NCBI GenBank assembly: GCA_963715195.1
Contig: CAVQRT010000007.1
Location: 288,001-352,000, forward strand
Direction of reading: 5' to 3'
Source of the DNA: Thermodesulfovibrionales bacterium
Lineage (GTDB): Bacteria > Nitrospirota > Thermodesulfovibrionia > Thermodesulfovibrionales > SM23-35
DNA: 64,000 bases
Part shown: positions 9,579 through 19,430 of the stretch, piece by piece
How positions within the stretch are numbered: position 1 is the stretch's first letter
Layout of the letters: the number at the start of each line of letters is the position of its first letter
The notes under the pieces: model-generated
Told to the model about the DNA's origin: nothing
Seen by the model: the letters and a program-made list of their open reading frames with translations, nothing else
Databases searched by the model: none
Program-made: the position numbers and the translations under genes

Positions 9579-11096
9579 CTATGATTGCTGCTTCTTCCTC
9601 GCTTCAAGCTTGTTCAGCGCGTTGATGTATGCCTTGGCAGCGGCAACGATGATATCGGTATCGGCGCCGTGACCACGTGCAGTCCTGTCGTCCTCTTCCA
9701 GAGATACCGTCACCTCTCCGAGCGCATCCGTTCCTCCGGTGATTCCCTTGACCTCAAACTTGAGGAGCCTGCTCTTGGTGCCGGTCAGCGATACAATGGC
9801 CTTGTAGGTTGCATCAACAGGCCCGTCACCGTATTCAATCCTGTCGAGAATCGTTTCGCCGACTTTCAGTTTCACAGCAGCCGTTGGTTGCTGCCTGAAG
9901 CCGCTCACGATGTGAAGATCCACGAGGCTGTAAAATTCAGGCACCTTCGTGACCCCTTCTGAAACGAGAGCCTCAAGATCCTCATCGAATATGTCTTTTT
10001 TCTGATCGGCGAGTCGCTTGAACCGTTCGAACGCCGTATTCAGATCTTCGTCTTCCAGTATATAGCCGAGCTCTTTCAGTCTGGTTTTGAACGCATGCCT
10101 TCCTGAGTGCTTGCCCATAACGAGTTTCGCGGCACGCAGTCCGATACTTTCGGGCCTGATGATTTCGTAGGTCGATTTCTCCTTCAGAAGCCCGTCCTGG
10201 TGTATCCCTGACTCATGTGCAAATGCATTCGCTCCGACGATTGCCTTGTTGGGTTGCACAGAGATACCTGTTATCTTGGTCACCATCCTGCTGCTCCGCA
10301 TAATCTCTTCGGTACGAACTTTTGTATCCGCATCGAAAATGTCACGCCGCGTTCTGAGTGCCATCACAACTTCTTCCATCGAGCAGTTCCCCGCGCGCTC
10401 TCCGATACCATTCACAGTACATTCAATCTGTCCCGCGCCGTTCAGGACCGCAGACAGAGAATTGGCCGTTGCCAGTCCAAGGTCATTGTGACAGTGCACC
10501 GAGATTACCGCATTTTGGATATTGTCGACCCTGTCATGGAGAGCCTTGATCATCGGCCCGAATTCCGCAGGAATACTGTATCCGACGGTATCGGGAATAT
10601 TTACCGTTGAAGCACCCGCTTCGATCACCGCCCCGACAACTTCACATAGATATCCGATATCTGTTCTCGTCGCGTCCATCGGGGAGAACTCGACATCATC
10701 GACGAGACTCCTTGCCAGCCTTACCATTTCGACAGACCTCTTCAACGCCTCCTCCCTGCTCACACGGAACTGGTGCTTCAGGTGGATATCGGACGTTGAA
10801 TGAAAGGTGTGTATCCTCTTTTTGGGTGCGTCTTTCAGGGCTCTCCACGCACTTTTTATGTCCTCCTCGCGGGCGCGTGCGAGACTGCAGATAATCGGCC
10901 CTTCAACTTCGCCTCCGATAGTTTGTATGGCCTCAAAATCACCCGGTGAACTGAAGGCAAACCCGGCTTCGATAACATCAATACCGAGCCTGGCAAGCTG
11001 CTTCGCCAGCGCCAGCTTCTCGTGAACATTCATTGATGCACCGGGTGACTGCTCACCATCACGCAATGTCGTATCAAATATTTTTATCATTCTCAT
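9579..11096 (-). CDS. leuA: 2-isopropylmalate synthase
   Basis: IFDTTLRDGEQSPG, HCHNDLGLA, GIGERAGN, AHESGIHQDG, C-terminal regulatory domain. Confidence 0.98.
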   Translation of the reverse strand: MRMIKIFDTTLRDGEQSPGASMNVHEKLALAKQLARLGIDVIEAGFAFSSPGDFEAIQTIGGEVEGPIICSLARAREEDIKSAWRALKDAPKKRIHTFHSTSDIHLKHQFRVSREEALKRSVEMVRLARSLVDDVEFSPMDATRTDIGYLCEVVGAVIEAGASTVNIPDTVGYSIPAEFGPMIKALHDRVDNIQNAVISVHCHNDLGLATANSLSAVLNGAGQIECTVNGIGERAGNCSMEEVVMALRTRRDIFDADTKVRTEEIMRSSRMVTKITGISVQPNKAIVGANAFAHESGIHQDGLLKEKSTYEIIRPESIGLRAAKLVMGKHSGRHAFKTRLKELGYILEDEDLNTAFERFKRLADQKKDIFDEDLEALVSEGVTKVPEFYSLVDLHIVSGFRQQPTAAVKLKVGETILDRIEYGDGPVDATYKAIVSLTGTKSRLLKFEVKGITGGTDALGEVTVSLEEDDRTARGHGADTDIIVAAAKAYINALNKLEARKKQQS

Positions 11097-11824
11097 GCTG
11101 TTATTCCTTCCTTGCTCTTATGCCTTCTTCTCCTGGAAAAGAGAACAATATTTTCAATTATACCCCCGACGAGGTAAATCATGGCAAACAGAAAGAGCGA
11201 TACCGGCGGGTGCATAACAATAAGCATCAGAATAATCACAAAAGCCACAAGAATCCAGAATGGTTTCCGTCTCCGGAAATCGAGCTCTTTTGCTCCATGG
11301 AATCGCAGCGTGCTGACCATCAGAAATGCCAGAAGGATTGTCAGTCCGAGCAGGAGGATATTCTTATCCGGAAGTGTTTCCCACAATTCGTAATAAAAGA
11401 GTACAAGGGTAGCAACGATTGACGCTGCAGCCGGTATCGGCATGCCCGTGAATGCCTTGGATTCGGCAGAACCCATCTGGACATTGTACCGGGCAAGCCT
11501 GAGGGCACCGCACGCAAGAAACCAGAATGCCGCAACCCATCCCAGTCTTCCAAATGGCGTAAGCGCCCATTTATAAATCATTACGGACGGTGCAACACCG
11601 AATGCAACGAGGTCGGAGAGTGAATCGAGCTCGATTCCGAACCGGGTCGTACTGTGCGTGAGACGGGCAACCCATCCGTCAAGGCCGTCGAAGATCGTTG
11701 CGAAGAGAATCCCCCACGCTGCATGGATATAATTTCCCTTCAGCGATGCAAGGATTGAGTAAAATCCGAGAAGCATGCCGCACAGGGTGAGCGTATTTGG
11801 AAGAATATATATCCCTTTTCTCAT
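11093..11824 (-). CDS. pssA: CDP-diacylglycerol--serine O-phosphatidyltransferase
   Basis: ILPNTLT, DGLDGWVAR, ELDSLSDLVAFGVAP, LRLARYN. Confidence 0.95.
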   Translation of the reverse strand: MRKGIYILPNTLTLCGMLLGFYSILASLKGNYIHAAWGILFATIFDGLDGWVARLTHSTTRFGIELDSLSDLVAFGVAPSVMIYKWALTPFGRLGWVAAFWFLACGALRLARYNVQMGSAESKAFTGMPIPAAASIVATLVLFYYELWETLPDKNILLLGLTILLAFLMVSTLRFHGAKELDFRRRKPFWILVAFVIILMLIVMHPPVSLFLFAMIYLVGGIIENIVLFSRRRRHKSKEGITA

Positions 11825-11906
11825 TCTGTAATTATAATAGAAAGCAGTAGTCTTTGCTCATTATTGCGTCAACTGCTTTCGGTATTCATGTCAGATGCGA
11901 TTTGAA

Positions 11907-12563
11907 TTATGCCCTGGCGGGAGGATTCACAATAGACTGATCAGTATTCGCACTATCGGTAATCCGCACAACTCTGCCATGAACCTGCAACCTGCCCTCA
12001 GAAAATAACCTGATTGCCTCAGGATAAATCTTATGCTCCATCTCAAGTATCCTTTCCGAAAGGGTCTCCTCGGTATCATGATGGTAAACCGGTACAGCAG
12101 CCTGGATAATGATCGGTCCGGTATCCACACCTTCATCCACGAAGTGTACGGTGCACCCAGATATTTTCATACCGTAATCAACGGCCTGTCTCTGTCCGTG
12201 CAATCCCGGGAATGACGGCAGGATCGCTGGGTGGATATTCATAATCCGGTTAGGGAAGGCATCGATGAGGGGTTTTCCTACGATACGCATGAATCCGGCC
12301 AAAACAACAAGCTCCGTATTCCTCTTTCGGAGCTCATCAGAAACTTTCCCATAGAATGTGTCCCTTGATCCGAATTCTGCCGGATCGAGAACAACATATT
12401 CTATGTTGTTCTTCTTTGCTCTCTCTATCGCACCTGCAAAGGGATTATCGGTTATCAGGACTGCTATCTCTGCAGAAAGGTTCCCTTGGCGGATAGCATC
12501 GATAAGTGCCTGAAAATTTGAACCTCTTCCCGAAGCAATGACACCGATTCTCAGAACTGCTAT
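11907..12563 (-). CDS. purN: Phosphoribosylglycinamide formyltransferase, probable ATA start
   Basis: Frame stays open upstream of the listed ORF: IAVLRIGVIASGRGSNFQAL...VVLAGFMR...NIHPAILPSFPG...GCTVHFVDEGVDTGPII; SD GGAGG 5 nt before ATA at 12563. Confidence 0.93.
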   Translation of the reverse strand: MAVLRIGVIASGRGSNFQALIDAIRQGNLSAEIAVLITDNPFAGAIERAKKNNIEYVVLDPAEFGSRDTFYGKVSDELRKRNTELVVLAGFMRIVGKPLIDAFPNRIMNIHPAILPSFPGLHGQRQAVDYGMKISGCTVHFVDEGVDTGPIIIQAAVPVYHHDTEETLSERILEMEHKIYPEAIRLFSEGRLQVHGRVVRITDSANTDQSIVNPPARA

Positions 12564-12575
12564 CGTTTCCTCCGA

Positions 12576-13541
12576 TTATAATCTGATTTCTATCCGTGAA
12601 CGTTCCCGAAGGCCTTTGATATAGCTTCTATATTTCTCTGTAAAAGCCTCTTCCTCCAGCTGCGCACGAATACTGTTATTTTGTTCATCATTGCTTTTTG
12701 CAGAGACTCGTTCCTCAAGCTTGATGATATGAAGTCCCTTGTCAGTCCAGAAAGGCATACTGACATCTCCAACCTTCATTGAGGAAAGTGCATTGATGAA
12801 TTCCTCTGCCATATCGCTTTTTTTCAGGTAACCGAGATCGCTGCCGATTTTTGCAGATGGGTCTTCCGAATATTCCCATCCCACAGCAGTAAAATCTTCT
12901 CCTGCCTTCAGTCTCTGTACAATCATAGCCGCCTTCTCTTCAATCGCAATTCTCCCGCCCTCATCCTGTGGCTTCTTAAAATAAATTTGCCGCAGCCTGA
13001 ACTCTTCCTCTCCTGCAGGATTGTCATTGTGCGCCTTCATATAGTTCTTGACCTGCTCATCAGTAACGACAACTTTTTTTCTGATCTCATGATTCACCAA
13101 CTGACTGATAAGAATCTGATCGGAGAGTCTTTTCTTGTATTCATTGAAGCTGAGTCCTTCTTTTTTCAGGGATTCCTCAAGCGCTGCGTCAGTCATCTGG
13201 TATTTCTTTTTGATATTTTCGATAGCCTCCTTCACTTCATCCTCACGGACCTGGAGACCGAGTCTCCTGGCCTCCTGCATCTGGAGCCTCATATCGATAA
13301 GCTTGTCCAGGAACTCAGCCTCGTTGCGCCTGAAAATCTCGTTCCTCTCTTCAGCATCCAAAGACCTGACCTGATTAGATGCTTCAGATTCCATGACCGA
13401 GTAAAGCTCACTCCAGGTAATCACCTCAGCATTGACCACGGCAACAACGCGGTCGAGCAATATAGCCGCATGGAGTGTTTGTTGCGAGGCTAAAAAGGCA
13501 GATGCAGCGACAAGGAATGCTATTATACACCGTTGTATCAT
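12576..13541 (-). CDS. SurA-like periplasmic chaperone/parvulin PPIase
   Basis: Signal peptide, LDRVVAVVNAEVIT, YSEDPSA..G.DLGY, GLHIIKL. Confidence 0.92.
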   Translation of the reverse strand: MIQRCIIAFLVAASAFLASQQTLHAAILLDRVVAVVNAEVITWSELYSVMESEASNQVRSLDAEERNEIFRRNEAEFLDKLIDMRLQMQEARRLGLQVREDEVKEAIENIKKKYQMTDAALEESLKKEGLSFNEYKKRLSDQILISQLVNHEIRKKVVVTDEQVKNYMKAHNDNPAGEEEFRLRQIYFKKPQDEGGRIAIEEKAAMIVQRLKAGEDFTAVGWEYSEDPSAKIGSDLGYLKKSDMAEEFINALSSMKVGDVSMPFWTDKGLHIIKLEERVSAKSNDEQNNSIRAQLEEEAFTEKYRSYIKGLRERSRIEIRL

Positions 13542-13764
13542 CGAATAACTTTAATCTCTCTCCTATGCGAAAAAATGATACGGACTAATTGTATACCATA
13601 AAGAACTGCTCAAACTCAAACAGTCCTTATGCTTGTTTTTCCATAGTACTTATTCTATCATACTAAAGACCTCTCGCGAAGGCGGCTTTTAATCACGATT
13701 TTAGCCTCCTCTGTAAAATCGGTTGAAGCGTTCGTTCTCTTGAGAATACAAAAGAGATGACTTC

Positions 13765-14229
13765 ATGATGGAAGAAACCCTTCAGAAGATACTCGATGAG
13801 AATAAGGAACATGAGGGGAATATTATCACCATCCTTCAAGGTATCGAGAAAGAATTCGGCTTTATTCCTGAAGAAGCAGTAGGCTGGTTTTCGAAGAAAC
13901 TTGATATCCCTCCAAGCCGTTTTTTTGGAACAGCAACTTTCTACTCCCAGTTTCATCTGAAACCGAGAGGCAAACACATCATTGCCGTCTGCCGCGGCAC
14001 AGCATGCCATGTGAAGGGTTCTGAAAAATTGCTTAACAGACTCCTTCTCGAACTTGACATCCCCCCTGACGAAGACACAAGTCCGGATCTAAAATTCACG
14101 GTTGCAAAGGTAAATTGCATCGGCGCCTGTGGTATTGCACCGGTCACGATGCTCAATACCACTGTACTCGGTAATACCACCCTCATGAAACTCGCAAAAG
14201 AAATTAAGAACCTAAAGGCGAATGAATAG
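13765..14229 (+). CDS. NuoE/HydC-like [2Fe-2S] subunit of formate dehydrogenase complex
   Basis: ATFYSQF, VCRGTACHVKG, NCIGACGIAP. Confidence 0.93.
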   Translation: MMEETLQKILDENKEHEGNIITILQGIEKEFGFIPEEAVGWFSKKLDIPPSRFFGTATFYSQFHLKPRGKHIIAVCRGTACHVKGSEKLLNRLLLELDIPPDEDTSPDLKFTVAKVNCIGACGIAPVTMLNTTVLGNTTLMKLAKEIKNLKANE

Positions 14230-16001
14230 GGAAATCATCATAAAAGTATGTACCGGAACGAGTGGTGTTGCTTCAGGTGGTAAGGAGGTATTAGCAACAT
14301 TCAGAAAGATCATTGCCTCTGCATGCATTGAAGCCACCATCTATGAAAGATGTTCAGCACAGCAGTCCGGCTGCAGGGGATTCTGCAAAAAAGACGTCCT
14401 TGTTGATGTGATCATCAATGGAGAAAAAACAACGTACACGCATATAAAACCTGACATGGCCACTAAAATCTTTGAAGAACACATCATGCATGGCATACCG
14501 GTTAATGATTGGGTTGCCGGCAAAGAATATGATGATTTCCACAAGAAACAGACAAAAGTAGTGCTCGCGTCCTGCGGAGAGATCGATCAGGAAGACATTC
14601 ACGCCTACCGTGCAATTGGAGGGTATGAAGCGTCTCAAAAAGCAATTCTGTCAATGACGCCTGGGGAGATAATCGCTGCCGTTAGGCAGTCCAATCTACG
14701 AGGACGCGGAGGCGGCGGTTTTCCTACAGGGCTGAAATGGGAACTCTGTTCACGTTTCACATCCGACATAAAGTATGTTATCTGCAATGGAAATGAAAGC
14801 GACCCAGGCGCTTTCATGGATACATCAATCATGGAGGGAAATCCGCATTCCGTTATTGAAGGCATGATCATCTGTGCAAAAGCCATAGGATCCCATCAAG
14901 GTTATATCTATACAAAAGCCGAATATTCTTTAACGGTGAAACGGTTACAGAAGGCCATTGAACAATGTTACGAAATCGGATTACTCGGGAAGGGTATCTT
15001 AGGCACAAAGTTCGATTTCGATTTGAGGGTGTTCCAGGGTGCGGGTGCCTTTGTCTGTGGCGAGGCTACCGCGCTGATGCGTTCGATTGAGGGGAAACGG
15101 GGCATGCCGAGCTCGAAGATGTGGCGCACTGTAGAAAAAGGATTATGGGATAAACCAACAGTCCTGAATAACGTCGAAACGTTTGCAAATATCCCAAAAA
15201 TCATTCTCAAGGGAGCACAGTGGTTCAGACATTTGGGAACTGAGAGAAGCGGGGGTACAAAAGTATTTTCTCTTTCGGGGACCGTGAAAAATACCGGCTT
15301 GATCGAAGTACCGATGGGGACCACCTTACGGGAAATTATCTTCGATATCGGTGGTGGCATCGAGGGAGGAAAAGCATTCAAAGGGGTACACATAGGAGGG
15401 CCTACAGGTGGGTGCATTCCCGCTGAACTGCTTGATACAGAAGTGGATTATGAGTCTCTTAGCGCAGGCCGGCTCGATGATGGGCTCAGGCGGGATGGTG
15501 GTTCTCGATGAGACAAACTGCATGGTCAATACCACGAAGTTCTTTGTTGAAATTACACAGGCAGAATCCTGCGGGAAGTGCACGCCCTGCAGGATTGGCA
15601 CGAAAAGGATGCTCGAAATTCTTGAAAGGATAACAGCCGGGAAAGGAAGAGAAGGCGATATAGAATTGCTTGAAGAACTCGGACGTTACATACGGGCAAC
15701 ATCATTATGCGGATTGGGCATGACTGCCCCGAATCCTGTGCTGAGTACGCTCAGATATTTCAGAGGCGAGTATGAACAACATATCAGGAACAAAAAATGC
15801 CCCGCTGCCGTGTGCAAAGATCTGATCACCTATTCGATCCTCAAGGACATCTGCACCGGTTGCGGTGCATGCAAGCGCGTTTGCCCTGCAGATGCGATAA
15901 GAGGCACCAGAAAGAAACCACACCGTATCGACGAAGAGATATGTGTCAAGTGCGGGACATGTTTTGATGCATGCAAGTTCAAAGCAATTACAAAAGCGTG
16001 A
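14222..16001 (+). CDS. NuoF/HydB-like flavoprotein subunit interrupted by a +1 frameshift near 15461 (about 592 aa if repaired)
   Basis: LRGRGGGGFPTG, GAGAFVCGE, NNVETFAN in first frame; ...DYESL then AQAGSMMGSGG, ESCGKCTPCRIG, SLCGLG and two ferredoxin motifs in the next frame. Confidence 0.9.
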
Positions 16002-16012
16002 AGGAAAAAGAA

Positions 16013-16082
16013 AGGATTCAAGAATTTGATTTATGAAAATAGTCATTCTTGAATCTTCAAAGCCTTGGGTCCTGGAACCCTT
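16013..16082. repeat. Intergenic inverted repeat plus degenerate 8-bp tandem units
   Basis: AGGATTCAAGAAT...ATTCTTGAATCTT, then cttgaatc/ttcaaagc/cttgggtc/ctggaacc. Confidence 0.55.
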
Positions 16083-16087
16083 AATAT

Positions 16088-18847
16088 ATGATTACACTTA
16101 AAATAGACGGCCAGAAAATAACCGTCGGGAAATCATCAACGGTGCTCCATGCAGCACGGAAGCTCAACATTCCCATTCCCACGTTGTGCCACCATCCCGA
16201 ACTGTCACCCTTTGGCGGGTGCAGACTCTGCCTGGTCGAAATAAAAGGTTCTCCCAAACCGGTTGCTTCCTGCTCAACCCTCGTGCGGGACGGTATGGAC
16301 GTTATCACTTCGAGTCCCCGTCTGGAACAACTGAGGAGAACAACACTCGAGCTTATTCTCTCCGATCATCCCAAAGACTGTATGGTCTGCGAAAGAGCCG
16401 GGGATTGCAAGCTCCAGGAACTGGCATATTTTTACGGTATCAGAGAAAACCGTTTTGAGGGCGAACAGAGGTTTTACGAGAAAAAGGATAATAATCCATT
16501 CATCTCGCGAGACATGGAAAAATGCATTCTCTGCGGACAGTGTGTTCGGGTATGTGATGAAATTCAGGGGGTCGGAGCCATTGATTTTGCTTACAGAGGG
16601 ATGAAAACAAAGATCACCCCTGCATTCGAGAAAGACCTTGACTGTGAGTTCTGCGGGCAGTGCGTCGCCGTATGTCCCACCGGTGCACTCACGGGAAAGA
16701 TGTGGGCACGGAGAGGCAGACAGAGTTTCCAAGAAGTCGATACCATCTGTCCTTACTGCGGATGCGGCTGCACCATAACGCTCCATGTCATGAGGAACGA
16801 GGTTATCAGGGTTTCTTCACGCATGGATACCTTTCATGAAGGATGGCTCTGTGCAAAGGGCAGCTTCGGCTATGGATTCATCAACAGTCCTGACCGCCTG
16901 AAAAAACCCTTGATTCGCATTGTACCGAAAGATACTTCTCCGGGGTCTCCTTTCGCCTCCAACCTTAAGCCTCACGCCTCTCACATGCATCCTTCATCCT
17001 TCTTCAAAGAAGTTTCATGGGAAGAAGCGCTTGATTATACAGCAGAACGTCTAAAACAGATCAAAGAACAATACGGGCCTGATTCTATCGGAGGGCTTTC
17101 TTCAGCCCGCTGCACAAATGAGGAAAATTACCTTTTTCAAAAATTTTTTCGTGCCGTTATCGGAACAAACAATATCGATCATTGTGCACGATACTGACAC
17201 AGTTCATCCGTGGCCGGTCTGGCCGCTGTGTTTGGCTCCGGAGCGATGACAAACTCGATACCGGAAATCGTAAACCATGACGTTATCTTTGTCATTGGCT
17301 CAAATACAACAGAGACCCATCCGATTATCGGCCTCAAAATGAAAAAGGCCGTCAGGCAGGGTGCAGATCTCATCGTTGCGGACCCGAGAAAGATTGATCT
17401 TGTCAGATTCTCCCGTTTATGGTTACAGCAGAGACCAGGGACCGATATTGCCCTTCTGAACGCTATCATGCATGTTCTGGTAAAAGAGGATTTGATCGAC
17501 AAGAAATTTATCACGGAGCGTGCGGAGGGCTTTGAAGTCTACAAAGAATCGTTGAGCGAATATACTCCGGAAAAAGGAGCGCTGATCACAGGCGTTCCCA
17601 AGGAAGACATTATCAAAGCGGCTCTTCTCTACGGGAATGCAGTTCGTCCGGGAATCTATTACACCATGGGGATCACCCAGCATACTCATGGAACGGAAAA
17701 CGTCTTTGCAATAGCAAATCTGGCGCTGATGACAGGTAATCTCGGGAGGGAAAGTACAGGAGTCAATCCATTGAGAGGGCAGAACAATGTTCAGGGAGCA
17801 ACGGACATGGGGTGCATACCAGATTTTCTCCCCGGATATCAGAAAACAACGTTGCCCGGTGTCAGGCAAAAGTTTGAAAAAGCATGGGGAGTCCGCCTGC
17901 CTGATACAGTAGGTCTGACCGCAACAGAAATGATCAGAGCAGCTCAGAAGGGAAGCCTGAAAGCACTGTATATTATGGGTGAAAACCCTGTTCTGAGTGA
18001 TCCTGATGTTCATCATACTATGCAGGCACTCAATCAAATGGATCTCCTTGTTGTTCAGGACATTTTCCTTACCGAGACCGCCGCGCTTGCAGATGTTGTT
18101 CTTCCTGCGGCATGTTTTGCCGAAAAGGATGGTACATTCACAAATACTGCGAGAATGGTTCAGCGGGTAAGAAAGGCTCTGGAGCCTCCTGGTGACGCAA
18201 AAGAGGATTCTTATATCATCGTTGAACTGGCAAAGCGTTTCGGTTTTGATATGACATATGACATAATTGAAGATGTATTCAGGGAAGCCGGAAAACTCTG
18301 GCCCGCAGTCGCCGGTATCAGTTACAGGCGGATATCGAAAACAGGTCTTCAGTGGCCGTGCCCGACCCATAACCATCCGGGAACACAGTATCTGTTCAAG
18401 GGTTCTTTTCCCCGGGGGAAGGCTACTTTTAAACCGGTACTGTTTAGACCATCTGAAGAACTACCCGATCCCGAATACCCTTTTTTGCTGTCGACAGGAA
18501 GAAACCTTTTTCATTATCATACGGGTTCAATGACAAGAAGAGTCGCTCCGATTGACCGTATATCGCCCAGGGCATACATTGAGATGCACCCTGATGATGC
18601 ACATGTACTGGGTGTCAGCGACGGAGATGCAGTGCGCGTATCTTCTCGAAGAGGGGTGATAGAGCTTGCTGTTCTCGTTTCCAGTCGTCCTTTAAAAGGC
18701 ATTGTCTTTATCCCTTTCCATTACCGTGAAGCAGCAGCAAATATGCTTACCAATGTTGCGCTCGATCCGATTTCGAAGATTCCTGAACTGAAGGTGTGCG
18801 CGGTCAAAATCGAGCGTATAGCGATTTCCCCTGATATAAAACAGTAA
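16088..18847 (+). CDS. fdhA: Selenocysteine-containing formate dehydrogenase alpha subunit (Mo/W-bisPGD, NuoG-like N-terminal Fe-S module), 919 aa
   Basis: The two listed ORFs are in frame across TGA 17195-17197: NNIDHCARY-U-HSSSVAGL; PLRGQNNVQGA, EKDGTFTN, DPISKIPELK. Confidence 0.96.
16949..17004 (+). repeat. Eight degenerate 7-bp tandem units inside fdhA
   Basis: cctttcg cctccaa ccttaag cctcacg cctctca catgcat ccttcat ccttctt. Confidence 0.7.
17198..17230 (+). promoter_or_regulatory. Bacterial SECIS element of fdhA
   Basis: GTGGCC-GGTCT-GGCCGC hairpin starting 12 nt after UGA, similar to E. coli fdhF SECIS; CACAG/CTGTG lower stem possible. Confidence 0.85.
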
Positions 18848-18863
18848 AAAGGAGGTGTATACC

Positions 18864-19319
18864 ATGATTAGTATCGATATGTTAAAGCAGCAGGTTCTGC
18901 TGGAGAACATCGATGAGGCGGGACTGAGCAAAATAGCCAAAATAATAAAACAGGTCTCTATCAAAAAAGGGGAACAACTTTTCAAAGAAAAGGACGAAAC
19001 GAGCGGTCTCTGGCTAATCCATTCGGGGAAAATCGAAATATCGAGGATGACCGCTGATGGCTGGAGACAGACCCTTGTTGTCCTGCCCGCAGGTCATTTC
19101 TTTGGAGAACTGTCGATCCTCGAGAACAGAAAGCATGTAGCTTCTGCCACTGCTCTTGAAGATTCTGATCTCCTCCTGATTCCAAAGGAAGACTTCGATA
19201 ATCTGGTGCAGAGGGACTGTGCTTTTGCTCTGCAACTGGTGATAACACTTGCCATCGTTATGAGCAAAAATCTGAGGCGTATGAACGATAAATTTCTCAG
19301 TGCACTAATCAGCTACTGA
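18864..19319 (+). CDS. Stand-alone cyclic nucleotide-binding domain protein (no HTH)
   Basis: LFKEKD, LIHSGKIEI, GHFFGELSIL, ASATALED. Confidence 0.9.
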   Translation: MISIDMLKQQVLLENIDEAGLSKIAKIIKQVSIKKGEQLFKEKDETSGLWLIHSGKIEISRMTADGWRQTLVVLPAGHFFGELSILENRKHVASATALEDSDLLLIPKEDFDNLVQRDCAFALQLVITLAIVMSKNLRRMNDKFLSALISY

Positions 19320-19323
19320 AAAC

Positions 19324-19412
19324 AGTAGACAGTTGGTAGTAGGTAGTAGACAGGAAAATATAATATTACATAACATTTTCCCCCTCTGCTACCTGCTATC
19401 TGCTACCTGCTA
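19324..19412. repeat. Inverted arrays of 7-bp tandem repeats
   Basis: agtagac agttggt agtaggt agtagac ... tctgcta cctgcta tctgcta cctgcta. Confidence 0.8.
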
Positions 19413-19430
19413 AAAAAAGGGGGTTTTACG

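Noticed and set aside
17423..18376. 317-aa antisense ORF, and similar long shadow ORFs at 47559-48374, 51144-51884, 52800-53528 and 44697-45530
   Set aside because: Lie opposite well-supported genes and contain no recognisable motifs
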